From Negaprion brevirostris (lineage: Eukaryota), in NCBI GenBank assembly GCA_030324005.1, contig JARDVH010000042.1:63355320-63419319 (forward strand): a stretch of 64,000 nt of DNA. Reading direction: 5' to 3'. Under the pieces are notes generated by a model. The model saw only the letters and a program-made list of their open reading frames with translations, was not told the DNA's origin and made no database searches. The position numbers and the translations under genes are program-made. Shown piece by piece: positions 1 to 11,230 of the stretch (its first letter is position 1; the number at the start of each line of letters is the position of its first letter).

Positions 1-1053
1 CATGAGGACAAAGTAAGGCATAGAAAACAGTGAATGATGATTGCTTTGATATACAAGGAGTTCAAGTTTCAGTAGTAGGACCACTGATATTTTTGATATA
101 CATTAAATGATTTGGACTCGAGTACAGATCATAATTTGCAGATGACAAAACTTGAAGGCAGTTGTAATAAACCTCAGGGGGACACAGACAGGCTGGTGGA
201 ACAGTGGACACATGGCAGATAAAATTCAGAAAAGTTTTGGCAGGATGAGAAGATACAGGGCAAAATATGCTAAAATGGTACATTTTCAGGCTGGGGTGGT
301 AAGGTGGCTATGGCTCTACCCAATAGATTCAAGAGAAAGAGAATCAGTTACACAGATGGACTGAAGCAACTCTGGCTGCTAAACAGCCAGGACAAACTTT
401 TAGGGCTAAATTGCTTCCTTTTGCATCATACCATGATTCAGAACAGGGACATGTGTTTTCACCTTCCAAATCTGTGCTAATTTTTCAAAGTNNNNNNNNN
501 NNNNNNNNNNNNNNNNNNNNNNNNNNNNNNNNNNNNNNNNNNNNNNNNNNAAGTTGTGCCCCTGTCAGAGCATTACATCTAGTTTTAATAGTGATGGTCC
601 TTGACACGATGCAGAGATTTACAAGAACGGTCCCAGGGATTTGGAGAGGAATGGGTGCAAGTTACATGGTCAGGTTGGAAAGGCTGTGATTGTTCTCCTT
701 GGAGAAAATATTTCCTTCACACATTTAGAAGATTATAAAAAAGTGATGTAATTGGTTCAAGTTCCTCCCCTGTTAAGTTTATCACTTAATCATCAGGACT
801 GGATTGTATGCATGTGCAAGTCTTGCATATAAAAGTTGTTTCTTTTTCTCATTTCCCCCACTCCAATGCTTTTGCTCTCAAGCTATCATCTTGTTCTGCA
901 TTTTTCTAAATGTTCCCAATTTGCCTGGTTTTGACAGCTAGTAACAGTATTCAGGTCAACTTGAAACACCATGTACAACTATCAGTAATATTAAAGTTAT
1001 TCTTCACAGGGCGCCAAGGTGTTTGGGAGAAGGAAACAATTAAGTTATCTTAC

Positions 1054-1204
1054 CCATAGGACTCATCCGGCCACTAGTTTGCTGTCTTTGTAGGTGTTCC
1101 TTGTAGCACACAGAACACATTCCATTGGTTCTAGGATTTCCATAAAACCCACAACCAGTTGCACACATAACAGGCACTTGAGTTTGATTGGTTTCTTGAG
1201 CCAT
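1054..1204 (-). CDS. ZFAND5: First coding exon of AN1-type zinc finger protein 5 (A20 zinc finger); gene continues off the left edge of the window
   Basis: Reverse complement reads [50 protein letters not shown](G), with the A20 motif CxxGCGFYG...MCSVCY. Coding part is 151 nt, ending in a G|GTAAG donor. Acceptor cttttgtccacacag| lies 11 nt before the ATG (exon starts 1215). The GRMSPMG ending, the 151-nt size and adjacency to TMC1 favour ZFAND5 over ZFAND6. Confidence 0.95.
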
Positions 1205-1625
1205 ACTTGTATATACTGTGTGGACAAAAGAATATCACGCACATGACTGGACGTTGCAGTTGTAAGACAAAGTATGAATATGGAATGCAGAAATCAAAAA
1301 ATGCACTTTACAACAGAATTTTACCACCATTTAATAGCCATATTTAAGTCTTCATTTTAACATGTACTGTACAATTCAGACATCACAGTAGACAACACAT
1401 TTAATCATATGCAACAACAAGGTTCTGCAGACAATACTGTTAAGTATCACCGAACAACAGATGTTCTGCATTTACCTTGAGCCAGTAAAATCAGAACTGA
1501 GGTTGGGAAACATTAAAATTATTGAAAGCTGCCAGATGTCCAGTGGAAAAACTCAAAAACAAATTCTAGAAAGATTAATTAGGAGAAGCTACCAACAGTA
1601 CAATGAAAAGCAAACCAGCTCTTAC

Positions 1626-1788
1626 CTGCTCCCTCATTTGGCCAAAGCAACATTTTAAGTGATGGAATTGATAATTTACCCACTGACTTGTCATGACTGC
1701 CTTGACATTTTTAGCCAAAGCCTGACTGAAGGCTGCTGTGCATTCAGAACATACCCCAAGATGCATCAGGGGCATTCAGTCAGCTGAA
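1626..1788 (-). other. ZFAND5: Candidate internal 5'UTR exon of ZFAND5
   Basis: Consensus donor CAG|GTAAG at 1626/1625 and a plausible acceptor cattttaacag| at 1789. Lies in non-repeat sequence between the promoter and the first coding exon. No transcript evidence available. Confidence 0.45.
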
Positions 1789-2319
1789 CTGTTAAAATGT
1801 TTTACTTCAGCATACAACAGTCTCAACATTTATAAATTGAAGGAAAAGTCAGCACAATTTTTGTTTTAAGAACTTATTTTTAAGAAAAAGGTGTCACTCA
1901 AATACAAGACCGACAGTGCAAATCTGGTGCAACCTTGTTCAAATTGTACTCGCTCATACCACAACTTGCTTCTGCAAATAATTTAAATACTTAACATAAA
2001 GTCCTTATCCTGTGAATGTTCCCAGATAAATATTTATACACTGAGCAACAGCATCTGTCCTAGCTGTGAACAACACCCTCGTTTTGAAGGACCCTCCCTT
2101 TGTCAGGTGAAGGGATAAACCCCAAAAGCTAGTGGCATTTACTACCAAATAAACTTGTTGGACTTTAACCTGCTGTTGTGACTCCTTACTGTGTATACCC
2201 CAGTCCAACACCAGCATCTCCACATCATGGTTAAGCACACCATAAAGATAGATGCAAATATCTGTTGAACTCCTCTACACTCAACTATTCTAATGCTGTA
2301 CTTAGCTTCCAACCTCCAC

Positions 2320-2570
2320 AAATTTGATCTCACCCAAACCTTTATAATCCATAGCCTGATTTGCACTAAATCTTGTTCACTCATCATCCTATGTTCATTG
2401 ACTCACTGGTTCCTGAAAAACACCACAAATTTAAAATGCTCATTTACTGAAGTCCTTCAAAGGCTTCACCCATAAACATATTCAAACTCCTCCAACTTTT
2501 ACATATTCCCCAGCTGCATTTATATGACAGCTAGCCATTTTGCTATTAGGTCCCAAGCTCTGGAATTCCC
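2320..2570 (+). mobile_element. Old L2-type LINE 3' fragment
   Basis: Degenerate match (cactcatcatcctatgttcattgactcactggttcc...tttaaaatgctc...ctctggaattccc) to the L2 3' region that is seen more clearly at 16670-17010. Confidence 0.45.
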
Positions 2571-3228
2571 AGGTAATATGGCACCCTGGTCATACTTCTA
2601 AGCTTTTTTTCCTGACAAGTGTCAGAATCAGTCCTGGTTTCAATGTGCACACGGGAACAGAAGTAGAATTTTGTTTAAATTGACTGCAAGAAGGGTAGGC
2701 ATAGTGACTCAGTGGTTAGCACTGCTGCCTCATAGCTCCAGGGACCTGGGTTCAACACAATCTCAAAATGTACTGCTGTTCACCCAGCATCACCTCTTCT
2801 CCCCAATACAGCATCTTTCGGTTAGCTATCAATATTATCCTCCCATGCAAGACCTTGGTAAGGAAAACTGTGTTGCCGAGACTTTATGTAACCAGGATCA
2901 ATCAATTCACATTTGTAGACATCAGTAAATCAATGCTACTATATTCAAGATTTCCTTCTCATCAAGACAGCAATGCTTTCCCAGTTCTGCCAAATCCCTG
3001 GTTCTACTTTACCTCAATAGTATAACTTCCCATTCGAGTAGTACCAGTTACTAGGGCACATCTGAGCTTAGCACATTCAAAATTGCTCCTTTTGTTTTGC
3101 CAGGTAAAATTATCTTCTTAGTACATCAAGTATACCAGTATCTCCAAATTACAAACATAAATCCTAACCTACCACAACATTTGATCTGTTCTCCAGTTAC
3201 TAGAAAATAGCAAAAACACCATAAAATC

Positions 3229-3465
3229 TAAAGTTCATTTATTAGTCACAAGTATGCTTATATTAACACTGCAACGAAGTTACTGTGAAAATCCCCTAGT
3301 CACCACACTCCGGCACTTGTTCAGGTACCAAGGGAGAAATTAGCACAGCCAATGCACCTAACCAGCACGTCTTTCAGACTGTGGGAGGAAACCCATGCAG
3401 ACTCTGCAAAGAAAGTGTGATTTGAACCCAGGTTTCTGGAGCTGTGAGGCAGCATTGCTAATCAC
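3229..3465 (-). mobile_element. HE1-like SINE, tail type 2
   Basis: Carries the tRNA-like head and V-domain remnants (gactgtgggaggaaacc, ccaatgcacctaaccagcac) but ends in a non-CR1 tail, the same as at 33510-33790. Confidence 0.8.
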
Positions 3466-4644
3466 CCTTCTCACATTTATTAAAAAATTTCTATTTCTGT
3501 TACCATGTGTGAATTTAAACCAAGACTGATTTGATCATGCTAGTCAGAAAAAAATGGTCTCAAGGGGTACAACCAGGGACACCATATTATTTGTTGATTT
3601 AAGTTTTTTTTTAACTGAAAAAGGAACAGTCTAAATAAATCAAAATGCAGATTTACATCAAGGTAACTAGTCATTGCACCCTGTCTGAAATTGAGTTTTA
3701 TTATGGAAATATTTTTAACTCAGTCTTATGAGAACATAGTGCAAAATTGTTTTGCTTGTGACATGTCAGATCAGATCAGTTCATGACCTAATAGAGAAAT
3801 AAAACATTTCACTCAGTTGTCCCATCCACCTCTTCCAATGGATCACATTTACTTGATCATTTTATATGTATGCAAAACTAGCATTAGTAACAACTTTTTC
3901 TGGCAGACAAAAATGTTTAAGGAATCAATTTGGCCAATAAAGGTAGGGAGGATCATAATCACCTTTATCTTAAAAGCTATTATAGTTATATGATTCACTT
4001 CTATGACAACTTGCCAAGTAGGAATTAATTTTAATTAGCAAAACCTGGAATTAATTTTAATTAGCCAAACCCTCAAACCACAAGAAGTTTGCTTCACTGT
4101 ACTATATCCAATACTTGGAATGAAAACAATGGTTAAATCGCTATGGAGATTTTTCAGCAGTTTTCCACCTCTCCCTACACCATTGGAAATGTGGCAATTG
4201 GGAGGAACTTCCTCATAATCATTGACTAATAATCCTAGAAAAGTTGTTTACCATATTCAGCTCTTAACTTCATCAGGCATCAGAACTCCAACATTGCCAT
4301 CTGAAACTTATTCATACAGCTTTTTGTCAAGAAAACTCAATACCTCAGAATGTTGTGTCACTCATCCTAAAAGCTGATGACTGAATACTTGGCATTATGT
4401 TAATGCAGATGTACTATGACCACATCATTTTCATCAGATCCATAGTACAATTTCTTTATCAAGTTATGACTCTGAACAAAACCAGACCCAGAAATACTTG
4501 GTGACACATGACCTATTCTTTGTAACGTAGGTGTATGTGAATGAATGAGCAAAACAAGTTTTGCAGTCCACTGCTTAGGTGGGGAACACTCATTTTTAGC
4601 ATTAAATAGCTATTGTTGAGTCAATAACCTGAACACAACAACCT

Positions 4645-5180
4645 TTTTAAAAATTCATTTACAGGCTAGGCCACCACCTTGAGGACTATGAATACTACCC
4701 ATCGTTCACATTCCAAGGTGGTGGTGGAGAGCTGCCTTCTTGAACTGCTGCAGTCCATTAGTCCCACAGTTTTGGAACAATGATAGTGAAGGTAAGGCGA
4801 TAGGTCTCCAAGTCAAGATGGTGAATGACTTAAGGGGAAACTTCCAGTTGGAATTCTCTTATATCCGTTTCCCTTATCATTCCTAGACAGTAGCAGTCAA
4901 AGGCTTGGAAGTACTGTCTAAGGAACCATGGTAGGTTCCTGCAGTGCATCTTGTAGATGGTACACACTGCTGTTCGTTGATGGTACAGGGAGTGAATGTT
5001 TGTTGAAGGAATATCAATCATGCATGCTGCTTTGTCCTAGAGCTTAATGTTGTTGGAGCTGCAGTCATCCAGGCAAATGGAGAGCATTCCAACATCTGGG
5101 AAATTGAGAAGCTACTCACTCACTATAGGACTCCTAGCCTCAGATCTACTCTTGCAGCCACAACATTTATATGGCTAGTT
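4645..5180 (-). mobile_element. CR1/L2-group non-LTR retrotransposon 3' fragment (shark family B)
   Basis: ORF 4830-5021 (STNIHSLYHQRTAVCTIYKMHCRNLPWFLRQ) is homologous to ORF 15167-15445. Further copies at about 10430-10720(+), 19655-19790(-), 20835-20945(-), 42890-43110(+) and 59010-59310(+). Confidence 0.75.
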
Positions 5181-5215
5181 TTATAGAGCATTGAAGAAAA
5201 ATATCTTGTAGTCTC

Positions 5216-5590
5216 TGGAATTTAGAATGAGGGAATCTCAAACATAAAATCCTGATGGGACTGGACAGGCTAGATGAAGGATGGATGTTGGAGGAATGCA
5301 GAATTAGGGGTCACAGCCTAAGAATACAGGCTAAGCCATACAGGACTGAGATGAAGAACTTCTTCACTCAGTTGTGAATCTGTAGAATTCTCTACCACAA
5401 AGCTGTTGGAACCTGTTTGTTAGATGTGTTCAAGAGGGAGCTGGATGTGGCCTTTGTAGCTAAAGGGATCAAGTGTATGGAGAGAAAAGTAGGTATAAGA
5501 AAGTGCATGATCAACATAACCATATTGAATGGCGGTGCAGACTTACAGGACCAAATGGCTTTCTCCTGCACCTATTTTATATATTTCTAC
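5216..5590 (+). mobile_element. CR1 LINE 3' end
   Basis: Typical CR1 RT C-terminal and 3'UTR sequence (gagatgaagaacttcttcactcag...tgaatggcggtgcagac...aaatggct...ctcctgcacctat). Confidence 0.8.
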
Positions 5591-6715
5591 CCCATCCCCA
5601 AAAGGGATGTCAATGTCAAACTAATTTTCAAATATTTTGTCTGCTACACCGTGACAGAATCACACAAGTAACCAGAGTAGAAAGTGTCACAAATATATAA
5701 ACTAATCCTTCAACTGGAAGTTCAATTTAAAATGACAGTAACTAAATCTTGATTTCAATAACTAAATTTATTTTGAAAAATCCAAGATGTTTAGACTATC
5801 CACTACCTTCCATATCACAGTCATCACCAAAATTATTCAGTCAAAACCATGTTCACATTTTCTCCCCCAAATGTAGCAAACAAAGGAAGCCACTGTAATT
5901 AGTAACTGCACGATGGCACAGCTCCCTAACTTAGAAGGGCAGTTAAGTATCCTTAAATAGATTCCTACTGATAACATTCTTAGAAAGATCACAAGGGCCA
6001 AAGCATTCAATTCTGACCACCACAAGACTGCAACGTGACTGCACTGAACCACAAAACAGCCATGGAAAACGACTAATATTTGCAGTGTCACAGTATAAAA
6101 ATGCAATCACCAGGTGAGTTTGCGCAGGTGAGAACCTGATTTTAAAACAGACAGTAGATCCCCCATGATTTAGTAATGCAGTGGAAACCAGCTATAAAAT
6201 TATGTCTAGTCTAGAATTAGAGTTTTTTTTCCTCTGTATTGTTAGGCTGAGGTTTTAAGCAAAGCAACTTTATTGCCCAACACATTGGATGACGAATATT
6301 ATTTAGAATAGAAACATATAGAAAACAACCCAGCCCAACAGCAAGTTACTCAGACAATCCCACAGGTTTCCATTCCTGTCCCCATATCACATTCAATATT
6401 TAATACCCCAGGTAGAAATCAAGTTTCCCTCTTACTGGTCGAATCCGTGTTAAGATCATTTTAAATGATCACTTTCAACATAAAAAGTTGGCCACCATTT
6501 ATTAAAAGCAGCAACTGGTCACCGGCTCATGTGAGCCGGGAGCGGCGCCCGGAGCGGGCCTAGCCCCAACGCTTCGGCCCAAAGAGGCGCGGCGCCGCCG
6601 CACAATGAGTGAGCAAACTGCCACCGTAGGAGCCTCCAGCCCGGCTCGCACGGCCCCAGCGGAGGTGGGGGGAAATACCGCCCTATTTCCCCCGCCCGCC
6701 ATCCCCGGGCCTCAC

Positions 6716-6950
6716 CGTTTCGGCCTCCGCTATGAATCCCGGCTCTCTCACTCACTTTACCCTGGTGTATCCCGGAGCCCGGCTCTCACTCTCTCTCCGT
6801 GCCCGTGTATTCCGGAACCTGGCTCTCTCACTCACTTCACTCTGGTGTATCCCGGAGCCCGGCTCTCGCTCCCTCTCCGTCCCCGTGTATTCCGGAACCT
6901 GGCTCTCTCACTCACTTCACTCTGGTGTATCTCGCAGCCTCTGCAGGAAG
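6716..6950 (-). other. ZFAND5: Probable first (non-coding) exon of ZFAND5; 5' end approximate
   Basis: Lies inside the CpG island, with a minus-strand donor AAACG|GTGAG at 6716/6715. Promoter motifs lie immediately upstream on the minus strand (6987-7088). Confidence 0.6.
6741..6940. repeat. Minisatellite: five 40-bp units alternating A-B-A-B-A (80-bp higher-order period)
   Basis: A = ggctctctcactcactt(t/c)ac(c/t)ctggtgtatcccggagccc at 6741, 6821 and 6901 (last copy degenerate at its end). B = ggctctc(a/g)ct(ct/cc)ctctccgt(g/c)cccgtgtattccggaacct at 6781 and 6861. Confidence 0.95.
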
Positions 6951-7400
6951 AGGTTCTAGTTCTTTCCTTCTTTAGCGCGAGGAGGCTGACGTCACAAAGA
7001 GGCTCTGCTGGGCTCCGATTGGCGGCGGAGCGCGAGCCCGTCTCCGCCCCTTCCCTTCCCGGAAGAGCAGGTGGTTCAGAGGCACGTGTGTCCATCCTGC
7101 CCTGTATGGGGTACTGTGCTGTGTGTCTGTGTTTGTTATTTAGATGTTTGGCTGCAGTTTAAAATTAGCAGACTTCAAACTACAGTTGTTACTCTGCTCA
7201 GCAGTACCCTTGTGCTAGCCACACAAATCTTTATTGAGATGTGTCATCTGACTATTCATTAATCCTCTCTAAACGTCCCCAACACAGTCACACATGTTCC
7301 CTATCATCAGATGTTGTCTTGCTCCAATGCCACAAGTGCAGTAAACACTTTGTTTTTTGAACTCACTACCCTGGCTGTCCCAGCCTACCCGAATCCTCTT

Positions 7401-8890
7401 CATAGAAACATAGAAAATAGGAGCAGGTTTAGACTATTTGGTCCTTCCAGTCTGCTCTGCCATTTATTATGATCATGGCTGATCATCCAAGTCAATAGCC
7501 TTCCCCCCTTATCCTTTGATCCCCTTCCCACCAAGAGATACATCTAACTACTTGAAAATACACAATGTTTTGGCTTCTGCTACTTTCTGTGGTAATGAAT
7601 TCCACAGGCTGACCACTCTAGATAAAGAGATTTCTCCTCATCTCTGTCCTAAATGGCCTACCCTGTATCCTCAGACTGTGACCTCTGGTTCTGGACACTC
7701 CCAGCATCGGGAACATGCTTCTTGCATCCACCCTGTATGGATAGCCCTGTTTGAATTTTACAAGTTTCTATGAGACCCTCCTTCAGTGTTCTGAACTCCC
7801 GCAAATATAATCCTAACCAACTCAATCTCTCCTCATACAGCAGTTTAGCTGTATCAGGAATCAGTCTGGTAAACCTTCTTTACACTCCCTTCGGAGTAGG
7901 AACATCTTTCCTCGGATAAGGAGACCAAAACTGCACACAATACTTAAGGTGTGACCTCACCAAGGCCCTGTATAATTGCAAGACATCCCTCCTCCTGCAC
8001 TCGAATCCACTCGCTATGAAGGTTAACACACCATTTGCCATTTTTATTGCCTGCTGCACCTGCAAGATTACCTCCAGTGGCTGGTGCATGAGGACACCCA
8101 GGTCGCATTGCACATTCCCTTTTCTTAATTTGTGGGCATTCAGATAGCCTTCCTGTTTTTACTACCAACGTGGATAACCTCATAAATTGTATCTGTCATT
8201 CATTTGCCCATTCACTCAACTTGTCCAAATCATGCTGAAGGATCCCTGCATTCTCTTCACTGCTCACCCTCTCACCCTGCTTTGTATCATCTGCAAATTT
8301 AGAAATGTAACATTTAGTTCCCTCATTTAAATCATTAATATTAATCATCCATTGACTCTGTCTACATTTCCCGCTGCCTCAGCAAACTAGCCAGCATAAT
8401 TAAGGACCCCATGCGCCCCAGACATTCTCTCTTTCACTTTCTTGCATTGGGAAAAAGATACAAAAGTCTGAGGTCACGTACCATCCAACTCAAGAAAGCT
8501 TCTTCCATGTTGCGGTCAGACTTTCGAATGGACCTGCCTTGCATTAAGTTGATCTTTGTCTGCACTCTACCTATGACTAACGCTACGTTCTGCACTCTCT
8601 CATGTCCTTCTCTATCGATGGTATGCTTTGTCTGTATAGCACACAAGAAACAATACTTTTCACTGTATGCTAACACATGACAATAATAAATCAAATCAAA
8701 TCAAATCAACATAATATATATAGTGAATAGTTAGAGTCCCAGTACTAATCCCTGCGGTATCTGCCATTTGGAAAAAGACCTGTTTATTTCTACTCTATGT
8801 TTCCTGTTTGCCAATCAGTTTTCGATCCACCTCAATACATCACCCTCAATTCATGCATTTTAATTTTAAATGCTAATCTTTTATGTGGGA
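7401..8890 (-). mobile_element. CR1 (HER1-like) LINE, 5'-truncated, interrupted at about 8346-8709
   Basis: (catagaaa)n tail at 7401. ORF 7880-8113 reads QCDLGVLMHQ...LQLYRALVRSHLKYCVQFWSPY, a CR1 RT signature. CR1 sequence resumes after 8710. Confidence 0.9.
8346..8709 (+). mobile_element. Rex1/Babar-type LINE 3' end nested in CR1
   Basis: IKDPMRPRHSLFHFLALGKRYKSLRSRT resembles the Rex/Babar C-terminus (DPxHPxHxLFxLLPSGxRYRS). Ends in aataaa plus a (tcaaa)n tail. Confidence 0.75.
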
Positions 8891-9596
8891 AGAGATCTAT
8901 AAGGTTTTGAAATGCACATTGACCTCTCACCATCCTTGTTCAAAATACTTTCAGTCCACTTTTCATCCTATAAATATTGGAACGTGATGAGTTCAGTCCT
9001 TCAAGCCATTCACTTACACCATGGCTGATCTGTACCTTATAATCATCTTGGTTTTATAATGTTATACCCTTGCCTAACAAAAGAAAAATCATTCGATTTT
9101 AGGGTAACCACATACGGAGTACAAAAGAATACTGGATATTCCCCCGTCAACCCGCATGTTCACAGGAAATTACTAAGATTTCCTCTTTCTAAAACTTATT
9201 CCAAATGTATTGTTGGCACAGGGCCACATTAGTTATTTTCTTATTGGAGCTATAGAAGAAACCAATCATAAATATTGCTATGTATGATTGAAATTAATTT
9301 CTTCTATCATCTCCCCCTAGCACAAAAGCTCACTCAATGTTTTTCAATAGCACAGGCGAGNNNNNNNNNNNNNNNNNNNNNNNNNNNNNNNNNNNNNNNN
9401 NNNNNNNNNNNNNNNNNNNNNNNNNNNNNNNNNNNNNNNNNNNNNNNNNNNNNNNNNNNNNNNNNNNNNNNNNNNNNNNNNNNNNNNNNNNNNNNNNNNN
9501 NNNNNNNNNNNNNNNNNNNNNNNNNNNNNNNNNNNNNNNNNNNNNNNNNNNNNNNNNNNNNNNNNNNNNNNNNNNNNNNNNNNNNNNNNNNNNNNN

Positions 9597-9722
9597 AATT
9601 GACCATTAGTATCAGGGGGATTAGCAGAATAAATACCAGGTGTTACTGGGATAGGGCCTGATTGTTGTAGGTGCAAGCTTGATGGGCTGAATGGCCTCCT
9701 TCTGCACTGTAGGGATTCTCTG
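9597..9722 (+). mobile_element. HE1-like SINE 3' tail (remainder in N gap)
   Basis: gatgggctgaatggcctccttctgcactgtagggattct tail. Confidence 0.8.
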
Positions 9723-9837
9723 AAAAGATAGTTAATTTACAAATTAAGCTGAATTATACATTGTATCTGTTTATTTAGTCAACTACCATGGTAGTTTCAG
9801 CTTACTAATAGTCCCAATAGTCTAACTTTTTTTGTAA

Positions 9838-10042
9838 ATAAAAACAGAAAATGCAGGAAAAACTCAGCAGGTCTGGCAGCATCTCTGGAGAGAGAAACAG
9901 TTAACTTTTCAAGTCCATATGACTCTTCTTCCCAGCTCCATACAGACTTAAAACATTAATGCAATTTTTCTCTACACATGCGTTTTTCCAATATTTTCTG
10001 TTTTTATTTCAGATTTCCAGCATCTATAGTATTTTGCTTTTC
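9838..10042. mobile_element. Penelope-derived inverted-repeat element
   Basis: Left arm aaataaaaacagaaaatgcaggaaaaa is the reverse complement of right arm tttttccaatattttctgtttttattt. Related pieces at about 42060-42170 and 60448-60590. Confidence 0.65.
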
Positions 10043-10719
10043 TTTGTAAGCTTTTATGCCTCTACTCCTTTTGTTTCCTGTGACAAGCATACTGTTGTGT
10101 GATTTGTCTATCATAGTGGTTTAAATCAATTTACTGCCAGTTTCTGGCACTTATTGTAACTACACCCCCTCCTCAAATTGTATATGTGAAGCAGAACTCT
10201 GTAGATTTCCTGAATGCACATGTAAAGCATCATTAGACTAATGTGTCAATAATGCTTCTCGTTCGTCGGAAGATTGCAGTGCTGATTTCTCTGATTTTAC
10301 ATCAATTGCTTATTTGGTCAGAGTTTCCTATGATTGTGTAAAACTGTTGCTACAATAGCTTCACTGGGTTTCAGAGTTATTTACATAATAAAGGAAATCC
10401 CTTTAAAAGCAGTATTGATCTTCTTTATTGATGACTTTCCAAATACATGACCTCTACCACCTGGAAGGATAAGGGCAGCAGACACATGAGAAAAATAACC
10501 ACAAGTTTCTCTCCCAAGTCACACGTCATCCTGACTTGGAACTAATTGCTGGGTCAAAAACCTGGACCAGCTTTCCTAACAGCCCTGTGGATGTATCTAC
10601 ACCAAATGGACTGGAGCAGTTCAAGAGGTAAGGTGACACATCATCACATTTTTAAGGACAGTAAGGGAACAAGGGCACCAACTGCTGGCCTCACCACCTA
10701 TGCTCACTTTCCAGGAAAT

Positions 10720-11230
10720 AACAAAAAATATCCATGTCATAACGTTATCTCCAATTCCATATGCCTCATTTTGGTAAAGGTCTCCAAACATCTTCTGGAA
10801 GTTCATATAAATAACATTATTATAGACATTACCTTATCTAATCCATTATTTACCTCCTCAAAAAATTCAGCTAGATTAGCTAGCTGTGTTTCACCCTTTA
10901 CCAATCCATGTGGGTTCTCTTTAATCAGTTTTTATTTGTCAAAATGCTCAGTCACTCTACCCCTAAAAACAGATTCTAGTAGCTTCCAGACAACACACAA
11001 CACTAATAGACCTATAATTTCTGAGTTTGTCTCTCCTACCTTTCTTAACTCCTAGTAGTAGAATGACATTGGTTACCTTCTGATTCAAGGGGACAATTCC
11101 TAAATCAGTAGGCTTTTTGGAGGAACATGAGAAAAGCTTCCATAATTTCCTCATCTACTCCTTTCAAATCATTTTACTCCTGGAATAGAAACCATTCAGC
11201 CTGGAGATCTCCCTCTCTTTAGTCAAACTA
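10720..11230 (-). mobile_element. Old CR1 LINE RT-domain fragment
   Basis: ORF 10963-11154 (GIVP...KVTNVILLLGVKKGRRDKLRNYRSIS) is the VPxDWxxANVxPxFKKGxxxxxxNYRPISL motif. Similar old CR1 fragments at about 28020-28320, 35960-36720 and 47930-48690 (all minus). Confidence 0.7.

Larger units (their letters stand above)
6515..7090. promoter_or_regulatory. CpG island / ZFAND5 promoter
   Basis: The most GC- and CpG-rich non-transposon segment of the window. Contains CRE TGACGTCA 6987-6994, CCAAT (ATTGG on +) 7018-7022, GC box CCGCCC 7044-7049, palindromic STAT/GAS site TTCCCGGAA 7056-7064 overlapping ETS CCGGAAG, and E-box CACGTG 7083-7088. Confidence 0.85.

Noticed and set aside
4021-4072. 26-bp tandem duplication rich in TAATT (and a 16-bp direct repeat at about 46208-46249)
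   Set aside because: Two-copy local slippage duplications are common; nothing indicates function.
6741-6940. Regularly spaced repeats that could suggest a CRISPR array
   Set aside because: Units are contiguous with no unique spacers, there are no cas genes, and the context is vertebrate. It is a minisatellite.
6605-7162. 185-aa plus-strand ORF
   Set aside because: By-product of the GC-rich CpG island and the tandem repeat; no recognisable domain and antisense to ZFAND5 exon 1.
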